From the NCBI GenBank assembly GCA_007376135.1, contig VMFR01000001.1:336554-377015 (forward strand): a DNA stretch of 40,462 nucleotides, written 5' to 3'. Source of the stretch: Parcubacteria group bacterium Gr01-1014_31. Lineage in GTDB: Bacteria > Patescibacteriota > Patescibacteriia > Buchananbacterales > GWA2-38-13. How positions within the stretch are numbered: position 1 is the first letter of the stretch; every line of letters starts with the position of its first letter. A model generated the notes under the pieces. The model did not search any database. It was not told the origin of the DNA and was given only the letters and a program-made list of their open reading frames with translations. Shown here piece by piece: positions 23,505-32,383 of the stretch. The translations under genes and the position numbers were made by a program.

Positions 23505-24362
23505 TTACCAGCGGTCGCCCGCCCTGCCCACGATGATAGCAACCGGGGGGCTGGCGCGCAACAGCGTTTCCGTCACGTCGTCCTTGGTCTTCCCGGCCAG
23601 TGGCCAGTCATGCACCGCCGACAGCAGCGTCGTTTCCGCGTAGCGGTACTGCTCGCCGCGCCTGGTGCCGGGATCGTTCGTGACGAATTCGCGGCGCTCG
23701 GGGTCATGGCCGCGCACCACCAGCATATGGTAAAGCGGCCCCGGCTGGCGGAAGTACGGATTGCCGATGTCCCGGCCGGATAGCGGCAGCAGCACCAGCC
23801 GCCCGGCGGAAAGGTGCCCTCGGATGCTCTCCGCGGTCGGATTTGCTTCCACCGCGGCCGACAGCTGGAAATAATCGCGCAAAATGAGCGCGGTTTCGGC
23901 AGCCGTCACGTCCATGCCGTAACCGTTCGCGGTTTCCCACTTCACCAGATTCAGTATCCCCTGCTCCATCAGGTGGGCATTCAGTGATTCGCCGGAAAAA
24001 AACGCGTCGGCCATCAGCATCGACGCTTCCTCACACGCTTCGTTATGCAATTCGTCCCACACCGCGTAGGGCGCCTGCGGTACGAACGGCACTGGTAAAA
24101 TGAGCAGCCCCGAAACGGCGGGCGGGAACGGGTTGGGACTAGGAAGCGGTGACGGCAATGGCGAGGGCGTTGGACTGGCAGGAACGCTCGGTGAGGGCGC
24201 GGGTACCGACGGGGTTGCCTCGGAACTTGGCTGCGGAGATTGCGACTCCACCGGCGCCGGGATAACCCGTGCCACTTCAGCTGCTCCATCCGTAACTTGG
24301 GCGCGGCTGCAGCCGGCAAGGATTACCACGAACGCCGCGAAGATGAAACGATAAGTACCCAT
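23505..24362 (-). CDS. Lipoprotein with a Pro/Ser-rich linker and a papain-like C39-type peptidase-like domain
   Basis: Lipobox FVVILAG|C. Linker PSPSVPASPTPSPLPSPLPSPNPFPP. LPVPFVPQAPYAVWDELHNEACEEASMLMA resembles Peptidase_C39_2. Confidence 0.7.
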   Translation of the reverse strand: MGTYRFIFAAFVVILAGCSRAQVTDGAAEVARVIPAPVESQSPQPSSEATPSVPAPSPSVPASPTPSPLPSPLPSPNPFPPAVSGLLILPVPFVPQAPYAVWDELHNEACEEASMLMADAFFSGESLNAHLMEQGILNLVKWETANGYGMDVTAAETALILRDYFQLSAAVEANPTAESIRGHLSAGRLVLLPLSGRDIGNPYFRQPGPLYHMLVVRGHDPERREFVTNDPGTRRGEQYRYAETTLLSAVHDWPLAGKTKDDVTETLLRASPPVAIIVGRAGDRW

Positions 24363-24404
24363 AGGTCTATCCTAGCGGAATGCCTGGACCCAAGCAAACA
24401 AACA

Positions 24405-24433
24405 TTGACTTTTCAAGAAAACTATGGTACGGT
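24405..24433 (+). promoter_or_regulatory. Candidate sigma-70-type promoter for 24507-25085
   Basis: TTGACT, 17-nt spacer, TACGGT, with TG immediately upstream (TGGTACGGT). Confidence 0.35.
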
Positions 24434-24506
24434 TGACGATCGCCTCAAATGGGGCGGCCTTTTAGCCACGAGGTGGAGTGGCTGGCACCTTCCCAAGGAG
24501 AGACCA

Positions 24507-25085
24507 TTGGATACGTTCGCTGTCCAAATGTTCGGTCGCGAAGCTGCCCGGCTCGAGCGCTCGGCGCTGGCGGCTCAACCCGAGATCGTCAAAAGTGTGG
24601 TGACGATGGGGCTTTCCCTCATCGACCCAACGCAGCCGTACGGCACGGACCTGTTCAACGCGCTTGCCCGGCTCACGGTGACGGTAGCCGCCGAAGCGGT
24701 GGCGATCCGCCGAAACCCGAGCACGGGGGTTGCTGAAGTGCTGCTGACGCAGCGTCCCGCAACCGAACGTGCCTACCCGGGGGAATGGCACTGCCCGGGC
24801 TCCGCCCTGCGGCCCGGCGAACTGATCCAGGGAGTGTTCACACGGCTCAGCCGCGCCGAATTCTTCACGTCCATCACGACGTGGAAAGAGGCCGGGGTCT
24901 GGAACAACCCCAACGAAGCGCGCGGGCACTTTCTCCATCTCGTGTACCTGTGCCGTGTGGAAAGCGGCAGCCGCGGCCAATGGTTCCCCATTGAGCTACT
25001 CCCGACCCCCACGGTCGACCACCACGTGGACCAGATCATTCCGATGGCGCTACGCGCCTACAACGCCCTCGAGACTCCGTGGTGA
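24507..25085 (+). CDS. Hypothetical protein, possibly Nudix-fold with a degenerate Nudix box
   Basis: SD AAGGAG, 6 nt, then TTG at 24507 (ATG at 24528 is an alternative). PGSALRPGELIQGVFTRLSRAEF only loosely fits GX5EX7REUXEEXGU. A strong terminator lies downstream. Confidence 0.5.
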   Translation: MDTFAVQMFGREAARLERSALAAQPEIVKSVVTMGLSLIDPTQPYGTDLFNALARLTVTVAAEAVAIRRNPSTGVAEVLLTQRPATERAYPGEWHCPGSALRPGELIQGVFTRLSRAEFFTSITTWKEAGVWNNPNEARGHFLHLVYLCRVESGSRGQWFPIELLPTPTVDHHVDQIIPMALRAYNALETPW

Positions 25086-25100
25086 GTCCCTGACTTCCTG

Positions 25101-25143
25101 GCCAGCCCGCAGCCGATTAACGGCTGTGGCTGGCCTCTTTTTT
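25101..25143 (+). terminator. Rho-independent terminator
   Basis: Stem of about 14 bp, GCCAGCCCGCAGCCG / CGGCTGTGGCTGGC, with loop ATTAA, followed by CTCTTTTTT. Confidence 0.8.
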
Positions 25144-25154
25144 ATACTCCAAGC

Positions 25155-25183
25155 TTGACAATCCGTCCGGTATCAGGTATCCT
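25155..25183 (+). promoter_or_regulatory. Candidate sigma-70-type promoter for rpmA
   Basis: TTGACA (25155-25160), 17-nt spacer, TATCCT (25178-25183), about 30 nt upstream of the ATG. Confidence 0.5.
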
Positions 25184-25215
25184 TGAACAATCCTAACTTC
25201 AATTCCTGAGCAACT

Positions 25216-25530
25216 ATGGCGCATAAAAAAGCAGGCGGCTCCACAAGTTTAGGCCGCGATTCGCAGTCCAAACGGCTGGGCGTCAAGGTTGCCGACGGGC
25301 AATACGCACCGCACGGCGCCATCATCGTCCGCCAGAAAGGCACCCGCATCCGCGCCGGCGCCAATGTCGGCATGGGCAGCGACTACACCCTGTTCGCGAA
25401 GGCCGCCGGTTTGGTCAAATTCACCCGGCACCAGATCGTCAACTACGACGGCCGGCGCAAGATCGTGAGTTTCGCCAGCGTCCAACCCAAAGCCAAGGCC
25501 GCGGCCAAGCCCAAACGGACGGCAAAATAG
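25216..25530 (+). CDS. rpmA: 50S ribosomal protein L27
   Basis: [25 protein letters not shown]...[17 protein letters not shown]. Lys/Ala-rich C-terminal tail. No rplU upstream. Confidence 0.93.
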   Translation: MAHKKAGGSTSLGRDSQSKRLGVKVADGQYAPHGAIIVRQKGTRIRAGANVGMGSDYTLFAKAAGLVKFTRHQIVNYDGRRKIVSFASVQPKAKAAAKPKRTAK

Positions 25531-25543
25531 TAATTCCCAAAAC

Positions 25544-25572
25544 CGCCCCGCATTCGCGGGGCGATTTTTTTT
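25544..25572. terminator. Bidirectional rho-independent terminator (rpmA / pyrG convergent)
   Basis: CGCCCCGC-ATTC-GCGGGGCG followed by A-T8 on the + strand and GTTTTGGG on the - strand. Confidence 0.8.
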
Positions 25573-25585
25573 ACACTAGGATATT

Positions 25586-27220
25586 TTACTTCCTGCCGAC
25601 GGCGCGCTGCTTGGCGGCGGCGACCAGGCCCAAGAACAGCGGATGCGGGTGCAACGGCCGCGATTTCAATTCTGGATGGAACTGGGTACCGACGAAGAAC
25701 GGATGCTGCGGCAGTTCGATGATCTCCACCAGCTGCCCGTCCGGCGACAACCCGGCCAGGGAAAAGCCGGCCTTGGTCAGCCGCTCGCGGTACGCGTTAT
25801 TGAATTCATAACGATGGCGGTGGCGCTCATTAATACGGCGCGTGCCATAGAGCTTGGCGCTCCGGGAACGGCGGTCCAAGAGGCACGGCCAGCTGCCCAA
25901 CCGCATGGTATTGCCGTACTGTTTTTTGGCGAGCTTCTCGGCCTGATCGGGCATAATGTGGATGACCGGGTGCTTGGTCTTGGGGTCGATCTCGGTCGTA
26001 TTGGCGCCGGACAGCTTGCAGACATTGCGCGCGAATTCAATGGTCGCCAGCTGCATCCCGTAACACAAGCCAAGGAACGGCAGACCGTGGCTTCTCGCGT
26101 ACTGAATGGCCAGTATCTTTCCCTCCACGCCGCGGCTGCCAAATCCCCCCGGCACGATGATGCCGTGGTAGCCACCCAGCTCCTTGACCTTGGCGCGGTC
26201 CTTCTCATAGTCGTCGGAGTTCAGCCAGTCGATCTGCAATTTGACCCGATGCACCCCGGCCGCGTGGCGCAGCGCCTCGATGACCGAGATGTACGCGTCG
26301 GGCAGAATAAAGGCGCCCGTGGCGAAATACTTGCCCACCATGCCGATCTTGACCGTGGTCTTTGCCCGCAGCATTCGCTGGACCATCGTCCGCCACTCGC
26401 GCAGGTCCTGACGGCGGGAGCGCAGCTTCAGCTTTTTCAGGATCTTGTCGCTCAGGTGCTCCTTTTCGTAGTTCAACGGCACCTGGTAGATGGTCTCCAC
26501 ATCGGGGGCGGAAATGACGGCCGATTCATCCACGTTGCAGAACACCGACAACTTTTTCTTGCGCGGCCCGTCCAGCGGTGCCGTCGAACGACAGATGATG
26601 AAATCCGGCTGGATCCCCGCTTCGTTGACCTGGCGCACGGCGTACTGGGTCGGCTTGGTCTTCATTTCGCCCAGCGTCCCCGGGACCGGCAGGTAGCTGA
26701 CCAGCACGAACAGCACATCGTCGGGCTGCTCATAGTGCATCTGCCGGGCGGCCTCCAGGAACAGGATGTTCTGGTACTCGCCGACGGTCCCTCCGATCTC
26801 GATGATGGTGATCTCCGCGCGGGCCTTGGCGGTGGCGCGGCGAAGACGGCGGATGACCTCTTCGGGGATATGCGGCACGACCTCGACGCACTTGCCGCCG
26901 TACTCGAGGTTCCGTTCACGGTTGATGACCGACTGGTAGATACGGCCGGTGGTCATGTAGTTATCCCGCGGCAGGTCCACGTCCAGGAACCGCTCATAGT
27001 TGCCAACGTCCTGGTCGGTCTCGTCGCCGTCGAACGTGACGAATACCTCGCCGTGTTCGGTCGGATTCATCGTTCCGGCGTCAACGTTGACGTAGGGGTC
27101 GATCTTGAGCGCCGTCACCCGGTAGCCGCGCGCCTGCAAAATTTTCCCTACCGATGCCGAAGCGACTCCCTTGCCGACCCCGGACATCACGCCCCCGAAC
27201 ACGAAGATATATTTTGCCAT
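25586..27220 (-). CDS. pyrG: CTP synthase
   Basis: MAKYIFVFGGVMSGVGKGVASASVGKIL, GLCYGMQLATIEFARN (GATase Cys), GTQFHPELKSRP. Confidence 0.95.
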   Translation of the reverse strand: MAKYIFVFGGVMSGVGKGVASASVGKILQARGYRVTALKIDPYVNVDAGTMNPTEHGEVFVTFDGDETDQDVGNYERFLDVDLPRDNYMTTGRIYQSVINRERNLEYGGKCVEVVPHIPEEVIRRLRRATAKARAEITIIEIGGTVGEYQNILFLEAARQMHYEQPDDVLFVLVSYLPVPGTLGEMKTKPTQYAVRQVNEAGIQPDFIICRSTAPLDGPRKKKLSVFCNVDESAVISAPDVETIYQVPLNYEKEHLSDKILKKLKLRSRRQDLREWRTMVQRMLRAKTTVKIGMVGKYFATGAFILPDAYISVIEALRHAAGVHRVKLQIDWLNSDDYEKDRAKVKELGGYHGIIVPGGFGSRGVEGKILAIQYARSHGLPFLGLCYGMQLATIEFARNVCKLSGANTTEIDPKTKHPVIHIMPDQAEKLAKKQYGNTMRLGSWPCLLDRRSRSAKLYGTRRINERHRHRYEFNNAYRERLTKAGFSLAGLSPDGQLVEIIELPQHPFFVGTQFHPELKSRPLHPHPLFLGLVAAAKQRAVGRK

Positions 27221-27282
27221 AAGGAAAAGAAAGAAATAGCAAAGGCAGCGCCAGCAGGCCAGTTACCAACCGCGAATTGCGA

Positions 27283-27306
27283 AAATCCCACCGTGCGGTG
27301 GGATTT
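27283..27306 (-). terminator. Probable terminator after rplI
   Basis: Perfect 10-bp stem AAATCCCACC/GGTGGGATTT with a 4-nt loop. On the - strand the stem runs into TTTT. Confidence 0.55.
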
Positions 27307-27341
27307 GACTGGCGAATGCGGCGGACAGCATGGCTGGGAAA

Positions 27342-27785
27342 TTACTCCTGGGCGATGATATTGACCGTGACCGTACTCTCCAGGCCATGGGGCAAACTGA
27401 CGACGACCTGGTGCTCGCCGACCCGCTTGAGATGGCCAGCGGCCACCTGATCCTTGGTCACAGAAAAACCGCGCCCTTGGAGCGCGGCGGCGATCTTGGC
27501 CGGACTGATGGCCGCATAGAGCGTGCCTTCCGAAGAGGCTTTGGACTTCACGGTAACTTCCTGGCCTTCCAATCGCGCAGCCAGCTGTTCGGCTTTTTCC
27601 AGATCCATCTCAGCGGCACGGTCCTGACGTTCGCGCCGGCGCTTGACCTGGGCGACCAGTTCGGGCGTCGCAATGTCCGCCAAACCGCGCGGAAACAAAT
27701 AGTTACGGGCATACCCAAGCGCGACCTCGCGGATCTCGCCCTCGCGGCCCAATTTTTCCACCGGCTTAAGCAAGATAACCTTCAT
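27342..27785 (-). CDS. rplI: 50S ribosomal protein L9
   Basis: [36 protein letters not shown]. The true ATG is at 27785 (internal to the listed ORF), 4 nt after the acyP stop. Confidence 0.9.
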   Translation of the reverse strand: MKVILLKPVEKLGREGEIREVALGYARNYLFPRGLADIATPELVAQVKRRRERQDRAAEMDLEKAEQLAARLEGQEVTVKSKASSEGTLYAAISPAKIAAALQGRGFSVTKDQVAAGHLKRVGEHQVVVSLPHGLESTVTVNIIAQE

Positions 27786-27789
27786 GGGG

Positions 27790-28080
27790 CTAGGGATGGT
27801 GATCGATGGCGACATTGAACCCTTGATAGGGGCCTTTCGGCTGCCCCCAGACGGTCCGAATACGGTCAACGCGCGCCGATCTGACGCCAGTATAGCACCA
27901 GTCTAAAAATGCCTGCAAGCGCGTCCGGTCTCCCTCTGCGATGACGGTAACACTGCCGTCGGGATTGTTTTTTACGCAGCCCGAGATCCCCAAAACCCGC
28001 GCATGCTCGCACACTCCGTAGCGGAAACCGACCCCCTGGATCGACCCGGTGACCGTCATCGTCAGCGCCGTTGTTGCCAT
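27790..28080 (-). CDS. acyP: Acylphosphatase
   Basis: [45 protein letters not shown] at 28080 is preceded by GGGGTAGGAAT. Confidence 0.85.
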   Translation of the reverse strand: MATTALTMTVTGSIQGVGFRYGVCEHARVLGISGCVKNNPDGSVTVIAEGDRTRLQAFLDWCYTGVRSARVDRIRTVWGQPKGPYQGFNVAIDHHP

Positions 28081-28091
28081 ATTCCTACCCC

Positions 28092-28120
28092 ACAAAACCG
28101 CCTTCCCGTACCGGGAAGGC
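28092..28120 (-). terminator. Rho-independent terminator after the S41 protease gene
   Basis: On the - strand: GCCTTCCCG-GTA-CGGGAAGGC followed by GGTTTTGTG. Confidence 0.7.
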
Positions 28121-28146
28121 GCCCGAAATAATGATACACCATCCTG

Positions 28147-29451
28147 CTAGGGGCGAAGAGTTCCAGATCGCAGCAATTCAACCGCTTTGTCCAGTTGCGG
28201 ATCCAGCTGTTCGGCGGAACCGTTCTCCGCGGGCTTGACCTCCACGTCCGGCGCGATACCCGTGCCGTGGATCTGCCGGCCTTTGGGCGTCAGCCATTTG
28301 GCGATCGTCAATTTTACCGATGCACCGTCCTCAAGCTGCCGCAGGTCCTGCACGGAACCCTTCCCGAAGCTGGTTTCCCCCACCAAGGTGGCAACCTCGT
28401 AATCCTGCAGCGCGCCCGCCACGATCTCGGAGCCCGAAGCGCTCCCGCGGTTGATCAGGACTACCGTCGGGATTCCCTCGAACAACGCCTGCTGATTCTC
28501 CGGCTTATGGCCGACCGTTTCGGCGTTCCGCTGCTGTTCGCCGACCACGACGCGGTTGGGGCCGGTCCAGAACGACACCACCTCGATGGCGGTCGTCAGG
28601 AATCCTCCGGGGTTGTTGCGCAGGTCGAGGATGATGCCTCTGGGCTTGGCCGCGACGATCTGATTGGCCGTCTGGCGGAAGCGGCCCAGCGTGTCCTCAT
28701 TGAAATACTTCAGCTGCAGGTGCGCTATGTCATCGTCCAACATCTGCCAACTGACGCTGACAATGGAGATGGTATCGCGGGTGATGGTGAAGGTGCGCGG
28801 CTCCTTCTCGCCATTGCGCAGGATCTTCAGGGTCACCTTGGTTCCCTTGGGGCCGCGGATATGGCCAACGGCCTCGTCCAGGGCCAATTCAAGGGCGTTA
28901 TAATCGTTGATCTGCAGCACGACGTCACCCGCCTTCAGACCGGCGCGTTCCGCGGGATTGCCCGGGAGCGGCGCGATGATGGTCAACCGGTCATTACGGA
29001 TGCCGATCTCTGCGCCGATGCCCTCAAAGCTGCCCGAGAGGTCCTGCTGGAACTGAGCGGAGGTCGTCGGCTCCAAAAATACGGAATAGGGGTCACCCAA
29101 TGAACCGACCATCCCTTGCAGCGCGCCATAGAATAGCCGCTCGTCGGAAACATCGCCGGCGACGTAGTTATCTTTCACATAGTCCCAGACCTCCCAGAAC
29201 TCGTTGAAATCGACACCCTCGAGCTCACGGGTGTTGTCGGCATCCCGGACGCGGGAGATGAGCAGCGGCCGGGCCGCCCGCGACGTCCCTTCCGGCAGTT
29301 CCAGCGCGACAAAGCTCAGTCCAATGAACATGCCGGCCGAGATCCCGACGGTCGCCAGGAACGCCGCCAGCCACAAGCCCGTCCAGCGGGAAAACTTCAT
29401 CAACCCCGGGGGGATGAGCGACCGTTTGGGAGTTGTCGGCGAAAGCGCCAT
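28147..29451 (-). CDS. Carboxy-terminal processing peptidase, S41 family (Ctp/Prc-like) with PDZ domain
   Basis: N-terminal TM anchor, PDZ motif RAGLKAGDVVLQINDY, LINRGSASGSEIVAGALQD, GETSFGKGSVQD. Confidence 0.9.
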   Translation of the reverse strand: MALSPTTPKRSLIPPGLMKFSRWTGLWLAAFLATVGISAGMFIGLSFVALELPEGTSRAARPLLISRVRDADNTRELEGVDFNEFWEVWDYVKDNYVAGDVSDERLFYGALQGMVGSLGDPYSVFLEPTTSAQFQQDLSGSFEGIGAEIGIRNDRLTIIAPLPGNPAERAGLKAGDVVLQINDYNALELALDEAVGHIRGPKGTKVTLKILRNGEKEPRTFTITRDTISIVSVSWQMLDDDIAHLQLKYFNEDTLGRFRQTANQIVAAKPRGIILDLRNNPGGFLTTAIEVVSFWTGPNRVVVGEQQRNAETVGHKPENQQALFEGIPTVVLINRGSASGSEIVAGALQDYEVATLVGETSFGKGSVQDLRQLEDGASVKLTIAKWLTPKGRQIHGTGIAPDVEVKPAENGSAEQLDPQLDKAVELLRSGTLRP

Positions 29452-29496
29452 AGCTGTGGAGAAACGCGAGCGCGGCAGAGTCTGCCGCGGAATAGT

Positions 29497-29526
29497 TTGC
29501 GAAAACGGCGTGCGCTACGCTACAAT
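29497..29526 (+). promoter_or_regulatory. Candidate promoter for the 36-codon peptide gene
   Basis: TTGCGA, 18-nt spacer, TACAAT. Confidence 0.4.
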
Positions 29527-29603
29527 CATCATCAGGTTAACCGCCTCCGCTTTTCAACAGTGTAACCCGAAAAGGCACCCGCGACAAGCACTCCCTTCCC
29601 CCC

Positions 29604-29714
29604 ATGCGCCTCGCTGTCCGCCGCCTGCTCTACCTTTCGTTCATCTGCGCGTTCTGCGTGACCGCCGCGGTCGTGCTGCTGTACCTGGGAGGCTATTCCC
29701 TCCCTTGGACCTAG
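29604..29714 (+). CDS. Unlisted 36-codon ORF encoding a hydrophobic single-TM peptide
   Basis: MRLAVRRLLYLSFICAFCVTAAVVLLYLGGYSLPWT. G/C at about 30 of 35 third positions (hand count), matching genuine genes here. Lies in an otherwise empty 300-nt gap. No SD; a C6 tract abuts the ATG. Confidence 0.4.
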   Translation: MRLAVRRLLYLSFICAFCVTAAVVLLYLGGYSLPWT

Positions 29715-29753
29715 CGGCGGGTCGGGAAAAAATGCACTCCGGGCGCGGTTTTT

Positions 29754-30488
29754 TTATGCGTCCGGCTTTTCGGCTGCCCGATTTGCCGCCAATACCCCCG
29801 CCTGCAGCAGGCTGGCGAAGGACTCGCCGCCGTCACCCCACCACCCTTTCAGGACCTCGTAGGTCATCGTCCCTTGCTTGACGTAGAAATTATTGACGTC
29901 GGTGATCTCCAGCTCGCCCCGCGCCGAAGGCTTCAACTGCTTCACGGCATCCCAGACCTGCCCGTCAAAGCAGTACAGGCCGATGACCGCCAGGTTGGAC
30001 TTGGGCTGGGCTGGCTTCTCCTCGATGCTGACGATCTTTTCACCCGAGACCTCCGCCACGCCGAACGAGCGCGGATTATCGACTTCTTTGAGGAAGATCT
30101 TTGCCCCGCGCTTTTGGCTCCGGAAATCTTTAATGGCCGGGCTGATATCGTCGTACAAAATGTTGTCGCCCAGGATGACGGCGACCGGGCCGCGGTCCGC
30201 AAAATCCTCGCACAGGGCGAGCGCCTGCGCGATGCCGCCGGCCTGGTCTTGCACGCCGTAGGAAAATTTCGCCCCGAACTGCGCGCCTGACTGCAGCAGC
30301 TCCAAAAAGCCGCCGGCGTGCCCCTTGCCCGACACGATCATGATGTCGGTGATGCCGGCCTGCGTCAGCGTCTGGATCGGGTAGTAGATCATCGGCCGGT
30401 CGTAGACGGGCAGCAGGTGCTTGTTGGTCACCAAGGTCAGCGGGCGCAGGCGCGTCCCGGTGCCGCCGGCGAGGATGATGCCTTTCAT
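29754..30488 (-). CDS. rmlA: Glucose-1-phosphate thymidylyltransferase-like nucleotidyltransferase
   Basis: MKGIILAGGTGTRLRPLTLVTNKHLLPVYDRPMIYYPI. The true ATG is at 30488 (internal to the listed ORF). Sits beside rmlD and rmlB. Confidence 0.85.
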   Translation of the reverse strand: MKGIILAGGTGTRLRPLTLVTNKHLLPVYDRPMIYYPIQTLTQAGITDIMIVSGKGHAGGFLELLQSGAQFGAKFSYGVQDQAGGIAQALALCEDFADRGPVAVILGDNILYDDISPAIKDFRSQKRGAKIFLKEVDNPRSFGVAEVSGEKIVSIEEKPAQPKSNLAVIGLYCFDGQVWDAVKQLKPSARGELEITDVNNFYVKQGTMTYEVLKGWWGDGGESFASLLQAGVLAANRAAEKPDA

Positions 30489-30498
30489 AGCGTAATAA

Positions 30499-31383
30499 TT
30501 ATTGGCCTGGATGCACTTCGCGCAGGTAGTCCGCCAGCGCTTCGCGCCAGGACCGCAACGGCAATTCCTTAGTATTGACCAGCAAACTATGCACCGGCCG
30601 CATGGCTTTTTGCGGAAATTCAGCGGAACTACAGGCTTCAAGCTCCGTATCTAATCCTAGCAGCTTCATGATTTCCTTACCAAACTCATACCACGTGATG
30701 CCCGTGGTCGGTGTGTCATTGGTCAGGTGGTGAATTCCCTCCTCATCATCACCGGCGACCATCAGCGCAACGGTTTTTGTTGCCAGATCGGCCGCGTACG
30801 TGGGTTTGCCCCAGCGGTCGTTGACCAGTTTCAGTTTCCCATCCCGCTTGGCGCGCGTGATTATCTTTTCCACCACGTTGTCGCGGCGCCCCGGACCGAA
30901 CAGCCACGACGTTCGGATGAGCAGATAACGGCAGCTGCTTTGTCGCAGCAACCGCTCCCCCTCCAACTTGCTTTTCCCGTACACGGATAAAGGGTTTGGG
31001 ACGGCGTTCTCCGCGTACCCGGCCGGATCGGCCCCGTCGAAAACGTAGTCCGTGCTGTAGTGCACCAATGCGGCGCCGATATCGCGGCACGTCTGCGCCA
31101 GCACGCCAACTGCCTCGGCGTTGATGGCGTACGCGATCGGTGCGTTCTCCTCGCATCCGTCAACGTCGGTATACGCGGCCGCATTGATAACGTAGCGCGG
31201 AGTGATGCCCTTTAGTCGACGGACCACGTGGTCATGGTCAGTCAGGTCGAATTCCGGCAGGTCCAGCGTACACACCGGTAAACCTTGGCTCTGCAGGACC
31301 GCCACCAACTCGCGCCCCAGCATCCCCTGGGCGCCGATAATTGCCACCGGCAGAGCGGCGGGGTTGACCTTACCGGTTTTCAT
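30499..31383 (-). CDS. rmlD: dTDP-4-dehydrorhamnose reductase
   Basis: VAIIGAQGMLGRELV (Rossmann fold), YGKSKLEGE (YxxxK). ATG at 31383 overlaps the rmlB 3' end by 14 nt. Confidence 0.85.
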   Translation of the reverse strand: MKTGKVNPAALPVAIIGAQGMLGRELVAVLQSQGLPVCTLDLPEFDLTDHDHVVRRLKGITPRYVINAAAYTDVDGCEENAPIAYAINAEAVGVLAQTCRDIGAALVHYSTDYVFDGADPAGYAENAVPNPLSVYGKSKLEGERLLRQSSCRYLLIRTSWLFGPGRRDNVVEKIITRAKRDGKLKLVNDRWGKPTYAADLATKTVALMVAGDDEEGIHHLTNDTPTTGITWYEFGKEIMKLLGLDTELEACSSAEFPQKAMRPVHSLLVNTKELPLRSWREALADYLREVHPGQ

Positions 31384-32383
31384 ACTGCTCCCGGTAGTAC
31401 CGCTGGTATTCTCCGCTCTTGACGCGCTGCCACCACGCCGTGTTCTCCCGGTACCAGGCAACCGTCTTTGCAAGCCACTCGTCAAAGGAGTGCGCAGGCG
31501 CATACCCCAACTCGCGTTTGGCTTTCGACCAATCAATGGCGTAACGGCGATCATGGCTGGGCCGGTCTTTGACGAACTGCATGGCCGACCCTTCGGCGCC
31601 CAGTAGCGCGATGATCTTTTTGACCACCTCCAGATTGCTGATGTCCTGCGTCAGCCCACCGATACAGTAGGTCTCCCCCGCCTTCCCTTTTTGCAGGATG
31701 AGATCGATGGCGCGGCAATGGTCCTCAACATACAGCCAGTCCCGGACGTACTTGCCGTCGCCGTAGACCGGGACCGGCTTGCCTTCCAGGAGGTTGGTCA
31801 CGGCCAGGGGAATGAGTTTTTCGGGAAATTGGTACGGTCCAAAATTATTGGACGTGTTGGAAATGGTGACCGGCAGCCCGTAGGTCGTCGCGTACGCCCG
31901 CACCAGGTGGTCGGCGGCCGCCTTGGAGGCGGAATAGGGGTTGCGCGGATGGTACGGCGTATCCTCGCGGAACGCTTCGGCGGTGCCCAGCATCAGCTGG
32001 CCAAAGACCTCATCGGTGGAAACATGGTGGAAGCGCTTGACCTTCGCGGCCAGCGCGGCATCCAGCAGCACCTGCGTGCCGACCACGTTGGTCTGCACGA
32101 ACACCGCCGGCCCAAGAATGGAGCGGTCCACATGCGACTCGGCGGCGAAATGAACGACCGCATCCGCGCCCGCCATGGCCTCAGCAATAGCCGCCGCATC
32201 GGTAATGTCGCCTTTGATAAAACGGTAGCGCTTGCCGCCCTCCGCCCCGCGCAGATTCTCCAAATTGCCGGCGTAAGTCAGCGCGTCGAAATTGACGATC
32301 TCGTCCGTCCGGTGTTCGCGCAGCCAGTAGTGAACAAAATTCGACCCGATGAACCCGGCTCCACCCGTCACAAAAATTTTCAT
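31370..32383 (-). CDS. rmlB: dTDP-glucose 4,6-dehydratase
   Basis: MKIFVTGGAGFIGSNFV, YSASKAAADHLVRAY. ATGA overlap with the upstream Nudix gene. Confidence 0.92.
   Translation of the reverse strand: MKIFVTGGAGFIGSNFVHYWLREHRTDEIVNFDALTYAGNLENLRGAEGGKRYRFIKGDITDAAAIAEAMAGADAVVHFAAESHVDRSILGPAVFVQTNVVGTQVLLDAALAAKVKRFHHVSTDEVFGQLMLGTAEAFREDTPYHPRNPYSASKAAADHLVRAYATTYGLPVTISNTSNNFGPYQFPEKLIPLAVTNLLEGKPVPVYGDGKYVRDWLYVEDHCRAIDLILQKGKAGETYCIGGLTQDISNLEVVKKIIALLGAEGSAMQFVKDRPSHDRRYAIDWSKAKRELGYAPAHSFDEWLAKTVAWYRENTAWWQRVKSGEYQRYYREQYENR

Noticed and set aside
25216-25530. rpmA without rplU upstream, and with a Lys/Ala-rich C-terminal extension
   Set aside because: Gene-order variation and basic tails on ribosomal proteins are common. 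There is nothing further to test from this window.
25643-27358. 571-aa plus-strand ORF antisense to pyrG
   Set aside because: The opposite frame is an unmistakable CTP synthase. This translation is R/G/A/D/L-rich with no motifs.
29727-29756. A6...T7 tracts between the 36-codon ORF and the rmlA stop, as a bidirectional terminator
   Set aside because: Only a 2-4 bp stem can be drawn between the tracts. That is too weak to annotate.
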